Shown piece after piece: positions 43,666 to 58,161 of a stretch of 64,000 nucleotides of DNA. The stretch comes from the human T2T-CHM13v2.0 reference genome, Homo sapiens. The translations under genes were made by a program, and so were the position numbers. The DNA is taken from NCBI RefSeq assembly GCF_009914755.1, contig NC_060931.1; one strand, given 5' to 3'. How positions within the stretch are numbered: position 1 is the first letter of the stretch; each line of letters starts with the position of its first letter. Under the pieces are notes generated by a model. The model searched no databases and was not told where the DNA came from. It saw only the letters and a program-made list of their open reading frames with translations.

Positions 43666-44941
43666 ATTTGGGGGGTTTTAGATGTTAGGGATTTTTAACT
43701 TTAGGGATTTTGATCTTTAGAAGTAATAACATTTGGGATTATGGCATTCGGGATTGCATCTTTGGGAATTATGGTTGGCACTGCTCTTTCTCTCCTGGAT
43801 CGCTTATATTGCGGGAATCCAACTGCCATGTCATTATAACATTCAAGCAGTCCTCTGGAGTGGTCCATATTCTGAGGAACTGATGTCTCTTTCCAAAAGC
43901 CAGTACAGTGCAAGGCCTTCTGCCAACGTATACTGCAGACACAGTTAAACTCGCAGATGACTACAGCGCTGGCTGTAAGCTTCACTGTACCTTCAAGCCA
44001 AAGACATCTGAAACCAGAACCACCCAGTTGAGCTGCTTCTGGATTTCTGGCCTGCAGAAATCATCTGAGATAATGCTTACTGTTGTTTCAAGCTGATGCA
44101 TTTAGGGATAATTTGTTCCACAGCAACAGATAACTAATACAATATCCCACCGTAATCCAGGGTCCTTTGGTGGAGTCTCCAGCTAGCACTGAGAGGAGAG
44201 TCACAGTGGTTTCAAGGGTTCTTGAACAAGGCCACACCATCTGCAGCACAGAACTAGTCACTGTTTAAATAGCACATCTGGGCATGCTGCTGCATAGATT
44301 TTACTACTAACCGAAAGTCTGACCCTTGACCAAGCAGCTGTTTGACCAAAGCTACTCATCATGAACTGAGTACTATCAGATCCACCAAGCAATAACATTG
44401 GGTGGCAACAAGCCATTTCATGATGGAAATAGTATATTTGGCATCAGGTTTAAGGTGGCCCATAGTTGCATAAGAAGTATTAATTTTCAATCTGATTGAA
44501 GTAAGTTAAGGATGGGCTAATGTAATCTCTTGATTAACCACTAAAAGAATCATTTTCAAATGTGTAGTCTTTGATATTATATTCTTAATCCCACAATTAC
44601 TGAAAATAAAACATTTACTCCAATTTAAAAATGTCTAAGAAATTTTACTTCATCTGGTAAGAGGTAGAAATTATTTTTCTTTTTACAAAACTGTGTCACC
44701 TGCATGAAAAAAAAGATGTGCTTTAGAACGCACTCCTCAATACTGGATATGTTATTCAACAATAAAGGGCTAATGAGTGGCCCTTCATTATTGTGAATGG
44801 GAAACATTGTATGAAATACCATTTCAGGAGAAACACAAAATAGAAGACATGATCGTTAAGTTACCTAAACCTCTGCCAAAATGGAATACATCATTATTGA
44901 GAGGGTATTTTAAATTAAGTTCTTTGCTTTAAACAAGAGAT

Positions 44942-45319
<378 letters not shown>

Positions 45320-45685
45320 TCAAACTGTCTCAAGTGGAAGCATATTTATTTACAATGGAATTTCTCATGACTGGGAAACAAAAAATAATGATATGTAGAC
45401 CTACAGAGGGTTTGGCTAAAAGCTGGGGCTTTGGAATCCAGCAAATCTAGCTTAGCTGTTCCATTTACTAGATGCTACTTGGAAAAGTTAGTTGACCTGT
45501 CAAGGTTTTGATACCCTTTTACTTAAAACAATAATAGTAGTTACCTCATAGAGTCTCAGAGATTAAGTTAGATAATGTATGTCAAGTGCTAGGTAGACTG
45601 TCTTTCTTTAAGTACTCCATATATGTTAGCTATTACTATTATTCTTATCCCAAGGGCAGTTGTGCTCCTTGTGGACTGTACTTGG

Positions 45686-46035
45686 TGTTATGGACTGAAT
45701 GTTTGTGTCCTCCCAAAACTCCTATGTTGAATTCTAATCCCCATTGTGATGGTATTTGGAGATGGAGCCTTTGGGAGGTAAATAGGTCATGAGGGTGGAG
45801 CCCTCATGAATTAGTCCCCTAAAAGAAGAGGCCAGAGAACCAGCTCACCCTACTTTTTCCACTTAAGTAACACAGTACTCTGTAGACCAGGAAGAGGATG
45901 TTCACCAAGAACTCAATCCTGCTGGAAACCTGATCTCAGACTTCCAGACTCCAAAACTGTGAGTAATAAGTATTTGTAGTTTTAACCACCCAGTCTATGG
46001 TAATCTGTAACAGTAGCTTGAATTGACTAAGACAA
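45686..46035 (+). mobile_element. MLT1A-type MaLR LTR
   Basis: tgttatggactgaatgtttgtgtcc...gactaagaca. Confidence 0.8.
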
Positions 46036-47099
46036 ATGATCTATTAGTAGGCTTCTCCAGAGAAACAGAACCAGTAGAATACACACATTATCTAGAACTA
46101 GACATTCATTTTAAGGAATTGGCTTATGCCATTGTGGGGACTGGCAAGTTCAAAGTTTGTAGGGAAGCCAGAACTTCAGGTGTGAGTTGATGCTGCAATC
46201 TTGAGTTGGAAATCCACAGAACAGGCTGGCAGACTGACAGGCCTTTGTTGGGACTTTTTTTGGTCTGTAGCTGTTGGTGTTTCCATGTTTCCAGCTTCTT
46301 CAGCTCCAAGTCTGGGCTACATGAGGCAGGAAGAAAACCCAGAGAACTCAGCAGGTGTTGCTACGTGGAACCCTGGGTCCAGGATCCCTAGCCAGTCTAC
46401 CTCCTCTCCAACTTTCACAGTCTTCTTATATTTGTTTTATATACATTTTTTCTGGGGTTTTAGCTTTCCTTAGTGAGAAGAATAGTGAAAAGTGTGTCTA
46501 CTCCACCTTCCCAGGAGCAGAAGTATTCAGATTATGTTTTAAATGTAGCTGAATGTTTCCTTTTGTGGTTTCTGGGTTTAGTATAGTTATGAAGGCCTCC
46601 TTCATGCTAAAGTCATAAAGAATTCTCTCATGGTTTCTCCTGGGATTATTTTTTTCACATTAAAATCTTAACCATTTGGAATCATCAGATAAAGTGGTTT
46701 CGTGTGAGTACTTGAATTAGCTAGCTACATTGCTCTGAAATGGTCAATTATGTAGCTACCTGATTTATTCTATGCAAAGTATGATCACCATTTGCCTTTG
46801 GCTATTTATAAAACAAGGACTTTAAAGGATATATACAACCAGCACTTCGAACCAGGCTAGAGCTACCTTTGGGGGAAAAATCTGCTCATCTACTGAAATA
46901 ATTATGAGAGAAGAAAATTTCTTTTTACTAAATTAAGATATTGTCTTTGTCCATAGAAATGATGCTTCGATATTATCAAAGTTTACATAAACATGCCCTA
47001 TTCCAATTTTAAATAAAGTTTTTTTTCAAAATAAACATCTGTAAATAGGTGGAAAAACACTTTGTGTTCATTTTCTTTCCAACAAAAACAACTGCAATC

Positions 47100-47870
47100 T
47101 GTCAACCCAAAGAGTCAAACTCTGTAAAATATTTAAAGAGATTTATTCTAAGCCAAATATGAGTGAACATGGCCCGTGACACAGCCCTCAGGAGGTCCTG
47201 AGACCACGTGCCCAAGGTGGTTGGGGCACAGCTTGGTTTTATTTATTTTAGAGAGGCATGAGACCTCAATCAAACACATTTAAGAAATACATTGGTTTGG
47301 TTCAGAAAGGCAGGACAACTCAAAGCCGGGAACTTCCAGGCTATAGGTAAACTTAAACATTTTCTGGTTGACAATTGGTTGAGTTTGTCTAAAGACCTGG
47401 GATCCATAGAAGGGAATGTTCAGGTTACAGATAAAGGATTGTGGAGACCAAGTTTTATTGTGCTGTGAGGAGGAATCTCTCAGATAGCAGACTTCAGAGA
47501 GAGAGAGAGCAGGTTGTAAAACGTTTCTTATCAGACCTAAAGGGGTGCCTGGCTCTTAGTTGATTATCTCCTGGATCTGGAAAGAAAGGAAGGAAAACAA
47601 AGGGGGAAGGGGATTCTCTATAGAATGTGGATCCTTTCCACAAAACACTTCGCAGGGCAATTTCAAGGCATAGCAAGGAAAATATATTTTGCGGTTAAAT
47701 ATTTTTTCCTTGTCTCATAATGTTATGCCACAGTCAGATTGAAAAGCGAGTCACAATATACAGGGTCAAATAAAACCCATCTGATGAGAATCCATGATTT
47801 GTAGGGCATGACTCCCCAGACCCCTTGGGTAGGAATTTGGACAAGATAAATAATCAGAGGTTAGTCCTTA
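47100..47870 (-). mobile_element. MER4A-type ERV1 solo LTR
   Basis: Complete LTR with perfect TSD aatc (47096-47099 / 47871-47874). Confidence 0.88.
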
Positions 47871-48451
47871 AATCTAATTTGAAATTTGAACTGCCATTGT
47901 TAATTTTCTAAGAGAATATAATCATAAAATTCAAGTTATATGCCTTCATTTTTCTTTTACCTGTATTTGTATGTATTTAACTTTTGAAATTTGCTTTTGT
48001 TTTCTAGTTGCCATGTTATTAATAAGGATTCTTTGGTTCTAAGTGACAGAAATCCAAATGGGAAATGTATTTGCTCATGTAAGCAGACCTTGTAAACCCC
48101 AAGTGTGGACTCTGTCAGAGCCCACTGGATTCGACAGCTCAAATAAGCGTTTCCTCTCTGTATCCCTGTCTCGCTGGTGTCCATTTAATAACTGCATTTT
48201 CAGGTGCCTTCACATGTCAGGGGTCATGGCCTCAGTTCTGAAGCCAAATCCTTGTACTTTACAATCTCTCCAAAGGAGAAACAAATAAAAAAAATAATAA
48301 AAGCCCCCGTTCTTCAACTTCAGGAATGAAAAAAAATCTCTGGGAATTGCTCTGATTGTCTTCATTGTGACCAAGGAGGCCAATCACTGCTGGCAACAAC
48401 CATAAAACCACCTAAAAGGGAAGAGCCAGTTTCCACTCAAGAAGGGCACTA

Positions 48452-48870
<419 letters not shown>

Positions 48871-49702
48871 TTATACTCAATAACATTAACACTCAAGTAA
48901 ACTCATATATATGAAAGTTGAGCAAAAACAGTGATTTTTTTTTTTAAGGGCCTTGGGAATATCCATTACACCCTGTAAAATAACAGCTTGTCTTCAACCC
49001 TGTATGATCTTCTGGCTGCAGGGATACTACAGTGAGGTTAACATGTTAAGAATGTACAATGTACTAGTTAAAACTGCAGACCTCGCCAAGCACCAGCTCT
49101 ACAATTTTGGATAAATTAGGCAACCTGTTTAAAGTTCCTCATCTGTGCTACTGGATAAAGTCTAATTCACAGGGTCATTGTGAATATTATACAAAATTAT
49201 TTCAGGGATAGAGTAACTTTCACTGTTAGCTATTATTATTATCTACTGAATTAAAAAGCAGAATCTGATTTCTTAAACTAACTGGCCAATTCAATATTGC
49301 ATTACAATCAGCTCTAGGTACCAGAAGTATTGGAATAGTAAGAGTATTCAAAATCCTTTAGGTCCTATTTTTGTTTGAGAAGAGTTTTTTGATAGTATAT
49401 TGAAAGCAATTCAACATGGGAAAAAAATAAGTTGACCATGTGTTCTGTTGGTATCATAATGGAAAATGCTGTTTTAGATAATTTATGATAATCAGAACCA
49501 ACCCCATTTTCTGACCACCCCTTTCTTAACATACATCTAAGGAAATTTTTGATATTGATATGGCTTATGCTTGAATTTCTCTTTGTCCAATGTTAAAGTT
49601 CCTATTCATGCCAGCTCTGTTAGTTCTGATTCATTTAGTAATTCATGACAATAAAGGAGAAAAGTACCTCTACTTTGCCACTGCTATTTATTTTCCTAAT
49701 TC

Positions 49703-50252
49703 TGTTACCAGGGCGGTCCAGGAGATACAGCTGAGGAAGCTCATTATTTTCTTAAACAGCTTTCTTTTTTTCTATTCTCTTTTACTTAAAGTCCTTTTAA
49801 GCCTGCTTAAAAGGACTCCTTGTGGTCCAGGAGTTTCAGGACCCTTCGCCAATTACTACAGGAAGATAAGGCCTGAGTGAAACTCAGCAAACCAGAAGCA
49901 GAGACTCCTTGCTACCTTTAGATCATTAGCATATCATTATAATGCTAAGCTTCTCACCCAGAGGAGAATCGCTGCCTTTTCTTAACATGGGGTGTATGGA
50001 GACACGTTTATGATGTATGCCAGTACATCTGGAGTTCCTCTCTGAATATGCTTACCTATCTTCCACCCAACATCTAACTCCTTAAAGTTCCCCAGCTTCC
50101 CACAGCTTGGGAGGAAGGTGTCTTTAGAGCAAGAGCTCTCTCCTTTTCCATTCCTGGCCAGGAATAAAACCTGCCTGCCTTTTTTCCCCCAAATGTATGT
50201 TCTTTTTTGCAGCTAATGCAGAGCAGGGAAATAACTCAGTTTACTGGCTGAC
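49703..50252 (+). mobile_element. Probable ERV1-type solo LTR
   Basis: tgttacc...gctgaca termini, AATAAA at ~50163; family not recognised. Confidence 0.5.
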
Positions 50253-50722
50253 AATTTCTTCTGCTTTTCCACAACCCTCCATGGTATGCAAAGACAGGGG
50301 CCGTGCCCTCTTGCCAGAGTCCTCCACAGCATGTGACAGAGTGGGGTGAAGAAAAGGAGAATTGATGGTAACACAAACATTATAAAAAATCACTAAAATC
50401 CGGGAACTCAGGTAAAAAGCATGTCAGTGGGAGAGCGAGGGCTGGGAGGGCTCCTTTACTACCTAAAGATAAATGTTCATCAGTGTGTGTATAGATGAAG
50501 TACTTGGATGAATGATTTTATTTTTTTCGGAGGGAGGCTTGTCATGATTAACAAATTCAGTCTAAATTCGCTTGCTGAATTCCTAACCAGTTAACCCTCA
50601 ACATTGAATTTACTCAAAGTCATCCTAGAGCCAGCATGGTATAGGGTGTGTGTGGTATAGGGTATATGTTTGGGCTAGGAAAAAAATAATGGAGTGTCAG
50701 GAAGATAAAAATCCACAAGATA

Positions 50723-51284
50723 GGCCGGGCACAGTGGCTCACGCCTGTAATCCCAGTGTTTTGGGAAGCCGAGGCAGGTGGATCACCTAAGGTCAGGAGT
50801 GTGAGACTAGCCTGGCCAATATGGTGAAACCCCATCTCTACTAAAAACACGAAAATGGCCGGGCGCAGTGGCTTATGCCTGTAATCCCAGCACTTTGGGA
50901 GGCCGAAGTGGGTGGATCACGACGTCAGGAGATTGAGACCATCCTGGCTCACATGATGAAACCCCGTCTCTACTAAAAATGCAAAAAATTAGCTGGCGTG
51001 AACTGGGGAGGCAGAGCTTGCAGTGAGCCGAGATTGCACCACCGCACTCCAGTCTGGACAACAGAGTGAGACTCTGTCTCAAAACAAACAAAAAAAAGTA
51101 CAAAAATTAACTGGGCGTGTTGGCGGGCACCTGTAATCCCAGCTACTCAGGAGGCTGAGGCAGGAGAGTCACTTGAACCTGAGAGGCGGAGGTCACAGTG
51201 AGCTTGAGATAGTGCCATTTCACTCCCGTGTGGGCGACAAGAGCCAAACTCCATTTCAAAACAAAAACAAACCAACAAACAAAC
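50723..51284 (+). mobile_element. Alu-in-Alu: AluY/Sc-like copy (50857-~51097) inserted in the A-rich linker of an AluS
   Basis: Outer TSD aaaatccacaagatag (50707-50722 / 51285-51300); order is left arm, second Alu, right arm. Confidence 0.92.
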
Positions 51285-51498
51285 AAAATCCACAAGATAG
51301 AATTTGATCAGCAAAGTGAGGTGAGAATTCTAGTCATTTTGTTCTGCAATTGTACATATTAAAATAATTATTACTTTGCTGTTCTCCAATATTTGTCAAG
51401 TTCCCTATTATTTTTTAAGTTCTCTAATACTTCTCTAATATTTGCCACTCCCCAGCAAATTATAAAACAAGATGAGTTGTTTATATTTGTAGGCACAA

Positions 51499-51504
51499 TT
51501 TATT
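51499..51504 (-). terminator. ANKMY2: ANKMY2 distal polyadenylation signal AATAAA
   Basis: tttatt on the + strand. Confidence 0.7.
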
Positions 51505-52028
51505 TTAAAATCCACACAAGAAACCCAGAAATGCAGCATTATCTTCAGACATCACATTCTAGCTCTGTTTAAATACCACATATGCTAAAAACCGACGCCA
51601 GGACATTCTCTAAATGAGTTACAAATCAGTTTCTGGAAAGGAAGTGCTCCATGAAAAGCTTATAGCAAGATAACTCAGGCTTTCAGGTGGCGTATGGCAC
51701 GTGAATTAGCCTTACAGTAATTGTGTACATAGTATGTTTAGTCATTATTGAATCAAAAGTTTCAGGAAGTACCTTTTTTAATGCATACGCTGAGAGAACC
51801 GTCAATATGCCTTTGTTCCTGCTGAGGGATCTGCCATTCTGGAGGTACAAATACTGCAGATAGAATATCACCGCAGGACTACGTCAAGTTCAGAGTGTTC
51901 AGGATCATTTCTATATAAAACTACAATTAGCTGAACTATGGCAAAGGTCCTTGAACATAAAGCCTTTCTTCATTTCATTGCATCTTAATAAGTAGAATGC
52001 CACTACCGTAAATGCTGCTTATATGTAT

Positions 52029-52034
52029 TTTATT
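52029..52034 (-). terminator. ANKMY2: Candidate ANKMY2 proximal polyadenylation signal AATAAA
   Basis: tttatt on the + strand, ~430 nt after the stop codon. Confidence 0.45.
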
Positions 52035-52461
52035 CACATATAAGTTATGATTTTTCTAACTACCCTCTGTAGCTATAAATTTTTCCCTTCCTGAAAATCT
52101 CTCTTCCACACCTGTTCTGCTTGTCCCTTTGTTCCCTAAAGCCTGTATTTTTTCTTTAAGGGGATCTATTTTCCTTTGAAACAATTGCTGGAAAGCCAGC
52201 CTCAGAAAGGTAATAGGAATGTTTTTCCTGTATTTTGAAACAAAAAATTTTCCATAGGAATATCCATTCAATTATACAACAGAAATCAATAGGAAATTAG
52301 GGCATGGTCAACAGGGGTTTGCTTGAAAACCTGTATTCTATGAAATGTGGAATCCTGCCATGGTGCCACGCAGGTATAACAAGGTGAGGACAATGCATTC
52401 CTAGGAGTTTTCCAGCTTCTTGCAGGGTGAGGACCATCCACACTGGCACTTGCTCTGGCTT

Positions 52462-52646
52462 TTACTCCTCAGACACCTGTGGCCCTGCAGGAGCATCCTG
52501 TAAGCCTTCCAACTCAGCTTCGCTTTCAAGAGATTCTTTCTTTCCTTCCCCGGAATCTTCAGGATTGGAATCCTTTTGAGAGATACCTACTTCAGCCTCT
52601 GGTTGCTCTTCATTAACACAGTTAGAATTGACATCAAGTTTGCCGT
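52462..52646 (-). CDS. ANKMY2: ANKMY2 terminal coding exon, acidic tail (H)GKLDVNSNCVNEEQPEAE...APAGPQVSEE*
   Basis: taatcag| acceptor, phase 1; 60 codons then TAA at 52464-52462. Confidence 0.94.
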
Positions 52647-54080
52647 CTGATTAAAAAAAGAAGAAGTTATTTTGTTCCTACCATGTGTCAGACACTCTTC
52701 TCAATGCTTTACATGTATTATTTAATCTTCCTATCAACTACATGAGGTATATTAGTATCTCTACTGTCATCGCTAACGTTATTTTACAAATGAGAAAACT
52801 GAGAAGAGAGAGGTTTGGTAGCTTGCTGCAAGTTTCCTGGCTAGTGAAACAGCAGAACCAGCATTTGAACTCAGGCCGCTGGCTCCAAAGCCATCTCTAA
52901 ATCAAGATTGTTGCTTGGGATTTGACAAAGCCTGTATTTGAATACAGCTTTTCTGTGAATTTATTTGATGTCCTTGGAGAGGTAATTGCCTGCATGAAGT
53001 TGTTTCCCTTGTCTATAATATGCAGGTAATAAAGGCTATCCTACATTGGTGAAGAATAAAGTTGTCTGTAACATTTAGAGCAGTGTTTGGTGCATGAATG
53101 ATGCTTAACAACTGGGAGTGCCCATTCTACTGACAATCTTATTCTCCCTCAATAGTGTGTTAGTAATGAACATTTGTTACTTTCTGTCCTTAGCACATAG
53201 AATAAAAAAGTTTGGTCAAGAAAACAAGAGAAGGCATGGCAGTCAGAAAGCCTGACTATTCTCTTAAGGATAAATGGTTTAATTGTGTACAAACCATTTA
53301 ATTCCACTGAGAGTATATCTCAACCCAGTAGTAAAGCGGATATGGTTCCTTGAGAGATGGAGGCAGAAATGCCTGGTATCAGAATAACCGAGGCATGTTT
53401 TTCAAATTACATGCACTCCCCCAGAACATATGATACATTCTCTGGAATGAGGCATGAGGGTGGGGGCAGTTCTCCTCTCCAATCTGATAATCACTGCTGA
53501 AGCAACTCACTATTTCTGATGAAAATGGGTCACAAAACCTCAAGAGGGATGGAGAAAAAAAAATACAAAATTCACTGCTATGACACTTGTAGAAATTTGA
53601 TCTGTATATTAGATCTGCAATTTAATGAATGATTTATAAATATACTCTGTAATTTCACCTGTAGTTCTGAAATTTAATTAAGGAATTTAAAGGCTTCCAC
53701 CCTTAAAATCTTCTGGTAGCCATTAGTGGAAATTTAATTAATTCCCTTATTCAAAGACTTTAAAATCCTTCATGAGCAGAATATAAGTTAATACCCATTA
53801 AGGGTCCCATTGTTCCAGGGCAGTAACCTAAGCTAGAATGTAAAATATGAAATAAGCTACATCCCTCAGAATTTGATGTCTCTGTTTTCCAGTGATGTCC
53901 AGGCTGACTATATCCTAAGAACTTAAAAACGGGACACATTAAAATTTAAATGTGATTCTTACATCGGTCACTCCTGAGCTCCTATGGCTTCCAGAGAAGA
54001 CGCAGTTTCAGTGTGTTAAGATCACCTATCATCTCTCTCTCCACTAAAAAGCAGAGTGAACTCGGTTTTTATATACATAC

Positions 54081-54210
54081 GGTTTTCCTCTTGTCTCTTT
54101 TCTTTGGCAGCCTCCAACTGTTGCTTTTCGTAAATGTCCTTCAGATTCTTACAGATTTTCTTATGAGTAAACCAGTGTGTTTTCTGGCAGGTTTGATCAC
54201 AATATATTAC
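54081..54210 (-). CDS. ANKMY2: ANKMY2 coding exon, [43 protein letters not shown](H) (second half of the MYND finger)
   Basis: ctttcag| and |gtatgt; 130 nt, phase 0 to 1; YCxxxCQxxHWxxHKxxC MYND signature. Confidence 0.95.
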
Positions 54211-54341
54211 CTGAAAGCAATTGTTGGTTTATTTTCATTTCCAGAGCTTGGGTTGTATGATTTCCTAACTATGACTAAACCAAGAACTAAGCTATAAAAA
54301 TGTCATTTTCCATACTTTATTTTAAAACCATAATATGTGGT

Positions 54342-54762
54342 TGATATAGTTTGGATGTTGTCCCCTCTAAATCTCATACTGAATTGTGATCCCAAATGTT
54401 GGAGGTGGGGCCTAGTGGGAGGTGATAGGATCATGGGGGCGGTTTTCTCATGAACAGTTTAGCACCCTTCCCTTGGTGCTGTCCTCACAATACTGAGTGA
54501 GTTCTTACAAGATCTGGTTGTTCAAAAGTATGTGGCAACTCCCCCACCTCCTCTTGCTCCAGCTCCTGCCATGTGACATGCCTGCTCCCCCTTCACCTTC
54601 CACCATAATTGAAGGCTTCCTGAGACCTCACCAGAAGCTGAGCAGATGCCCATGCCATGCTTCCTGTATACCTTCAGAACCGTGAGCCCATTAAACCTCT
54701 TTTCTTTATAAATGACCCAGTCTCAAGTATTTCTTTATAGCAACGTAAGAATGGCCTAACAC
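54342..54762 (+). mobile_element. MST-type MaLR LTR
   Basis: tgatatagtttggatgttgtcccc...ttctttatagcaacgtaagaatggcctaacaca. Confidence 0.88.
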
Positions 54763-55289
54763 AGTATCTTTGTATTGATTTAGATTTATAGTTTGTAGCT
54801 TTACTTTAAAACAATAATGAATATATAACAAACAGTCTACCAAAGACTTTAGCAAATAGCTTATTATGAACCCGCTATGTGCCAGAATTGGTACAGTACA
54901 ATGACAAGGAAGATAGAGTTGTCCCAAAGGTAGCTAGCATCAAGAAAAAGAAAGATATGGAAGAAGGGAGAGAGGCAGGCACCTAAATACATAATTTCTT
55001 AACACAGTACAGGATGTAAGAGTGATGGAGGCATAGAGGAAGCAGCAACTCACTCTAGCTGTGGTGAGTCGAGGTAGACAGAAAAATGGGAAAGAAGAAT
55101 TCTAACTGGAGAAAATATCTAGTACAAAAATGCAGGAACAGGGAAGTGAATGATATGTTCAAGAACAGCAAGAAGTTTTTGTAAATGGCCTTATATTTTT
55201 GCAAGTAGGGGTGGAAAGGAGATGGGAATGAATGTTATTAAACACTTACTGTATGCCAAGCACTGTGGTAGGCCCTTATACATATATTG

Positions 55290-55672
55290 TATTATTGGCC
55301 CCAATTCTTCATTCATCCTTGCATTCATACACTTTCTCACATGATTTCAAAGTTCTCTGCACTGAAGGGGAGGAGACTTGACTTCAGATTGGGCCATGTA
55401 ATTTGTTTCAACCAACAGCATGAAACAACATGGCAATTTCAAGGCTAGTCCTTGAGAGGTCTTCTGTGTTTCTACCTGCCCATGTGTACCTTTGCTATTG
55501 CCATGACAACATGCTCAGCCTAGCCTGCTAGTACAAGAAGGATGAGAGTCACATGGAGCACAACTGCCCCAGCTGAGAACAGCCAACCACAACTGTGAGA
55601 GAAAGACTAAATGATTATCATTTTAAGCACTGAGTTTGAGTGTGTTTTTATAAGCAGTAATAATTAACCAAT
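55290..55672 (+). mobile_element. MLT1 MaLR LTR
   Basis: gggccatgtaatttgtttcaaccaacag...ttttaagcactgagtttg. Confidence 0.65.
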
Positions 55673-56421
55673 ATAAATAGTTTGATTTAATTCTGGAATT
55701 TCATTTAATTCAGGAAACAGGTTCAGAGAAGTAAGTCATTAAACAAGATGAAGCTGAAGAAGTAGGTCACAGCAGATTATAATGGGTTTCATACAACATG
55801 CTGGAGAATTTCAACCTTAAAGTCAACAGGCAGTTGATGCTACCTATGGGATTAAGTGAATGTACGGACACATGCATGTGTCCAGTATCTGGATATGAGA
55901 ACAACACAATCAGATATGCCTTTTACAAAGATAATTCTGGCAGAAGGGGGCAGTACAGTCCATAGGGATTAAAGACTGGTAACAGTCAGAAACTATAGTT
56001 TTACAAGGATATGTTGATGAAGACACTGTCATTAAAGTCAACATCAGAAGAGTAAAGAATGTATATTTATGAACTGTCCTATTCTAGGTTTCACATCTGC
56101 ACCAGCCTTGGTCTCGTGCCCCACGGAAAACCTTTCTCTTATTTTCTCATATTCATTCATTCATATCCTTTCTTTCCATGAGGTGATCAGCAAAGAGGCA
56201 AAGGAAGACTGGCAGTTTAGCAGAAGACAGACACAGTAAAGAACTATATTGATCCTATTAATTCTTTTCCAAAACTACTTTTTAAGTATTAAATAGAATA
56301 TTTTCGTTACTAGAATTTATTAGAAAACTAATGTCCACTCTTACAGAATATTAAAACTCAATCATCAGCTTGGCTGCATCTAAACCAGAGGTCAATGAAA
56401 TAAAAAGAACTCCATTCTTAC

Positions 56422-56550
56422 CATTTTGCAAACTGAACATCTTTTACTTGCTCCCTTTTCTCCACAGGTAGTGCAAAATTCCACATCCACAAAACCCACC
56501 TGGCCAGTGATGGCTTGGGTAAGGACGGAGAATGCAGTGGGATCAGAACC
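56422..56550 (-). CDS. ANKMY2: ANKMY2 coding exon, GSDPTAFSVLTQAITGQVGFVDVEFCTTCGEKGASKRCSVCKM (first half of the MYND zinc finger)
   Basis: ctctag| and |gtaaga; 129 nt, phase 0 to 0; CxxC...CxxC motif. Confidence 0.95.
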
Positions 56551-57184
56551 CTAGAGTGGGCATGAAGAGGAGAAAAAACAAATTCTGAAATCACCATGGA
56601 AACACTACAGAGGTATCAGCCCACGGACACTGCCGTCCTACAATGTGACACAAAAAGGAAGAAATCATTAAGGCTATAGATTACACAGGCTTTAAGACAA
56701 AATGACAAAAATCTTTTAGAATATACCATTTTCTGTACAAAACATATGAAAAGTCAGTCATATGTCCAGATAATTAAAGAGAAAAAAACACCCTTAATCT
56801 AGAAAAAAAGTATTTTTCCAATAAGGATAATTCAGTAAGCCCATAGCGTTTCAGATTTAGGACAATAACTCCAGAGCAGAATTTTTTTCTGAGAACTGAC
56901 ATCCAGAAAATATTCATATTCCATGAGACAATTATAGGGCACATCAAAAATGTTTAACTGTCTTAATTCTGAAAAGTTTAGTACAATCTAAGTATTTTAA
57001 AGACAATATATTTAAACTCATTTACTTGATGTTGGCTTGTAATTCAAATAAATTATCACCATTATAATTGGTATGTTCCAAATTTGTTAAGAAACACACA
57101 TGCAGCAATTGAATCAAAGTATTAAGAAAAACCAAATGTGTGAAACTTACTACTAGTGGGCAATGGAAAATTAAAATAGGTTAA

Positions 57185-57797
<613 letters not shown>

Positions 57798-57850
57798 CAT
57801 GAGCCACCGCGCCTGGCCTATAAACTTTTTTTACAAAGAAAATTATAAGG

Positions 57851-58161
<311 letters not shown>

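Larger units (their letters stand above)
34309..43783 (-). mobile_element. Ricksha-type MULE/MuDR DNA transposon fossil (Ricksha_c-like), interrupted by nested insertions
   Basis: Degenerate TIRs (gggcttgggcgATAATccaaaaga and its partner at ~43700-43783); 9-bp TSD cccttgctc (34300-34308) / ctctttctc (43784-43792); transposase remnants WLMDGIFKTV, YPFIYVLMTSKSEALY, IMTDLELG, CFFQ and NNIEAWY on the - strand. Confidence 0.88.
34230..44140 (+). mobile_element. MLT1F-like MaLR LTR split by Ricksha (parts ~34230-34308 and 43784-44140)
   Basis: Flanks rejoin as ...ggcttccaagattaggtgata...cttgctc|tcctggatcgctta...ctgccatgtc...gaggaactga... and end with acagcaacagataactaataca. Confidence 0.7.
51480..52461 (-). 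other. ANKMY2: ANKMY2 3'UTR (distal end approximate)
   Basis: Repeat-free ~1 kb after the stop codon, with AATAAA hexamers at 52034-52029 and 51504-51499 on the - strand. Confidence 0.75.

Noticed and set aside
34309-43783. Pack-MULE-style gene capture and mobilisation of ATXN2L
   Set aside because: The retrocopy has its own A-rich end and candidate TSD and interrupts otherwise contiguous Ricksha sequence, which points to later L1-mediated insertion. No second copy is visible in this window.
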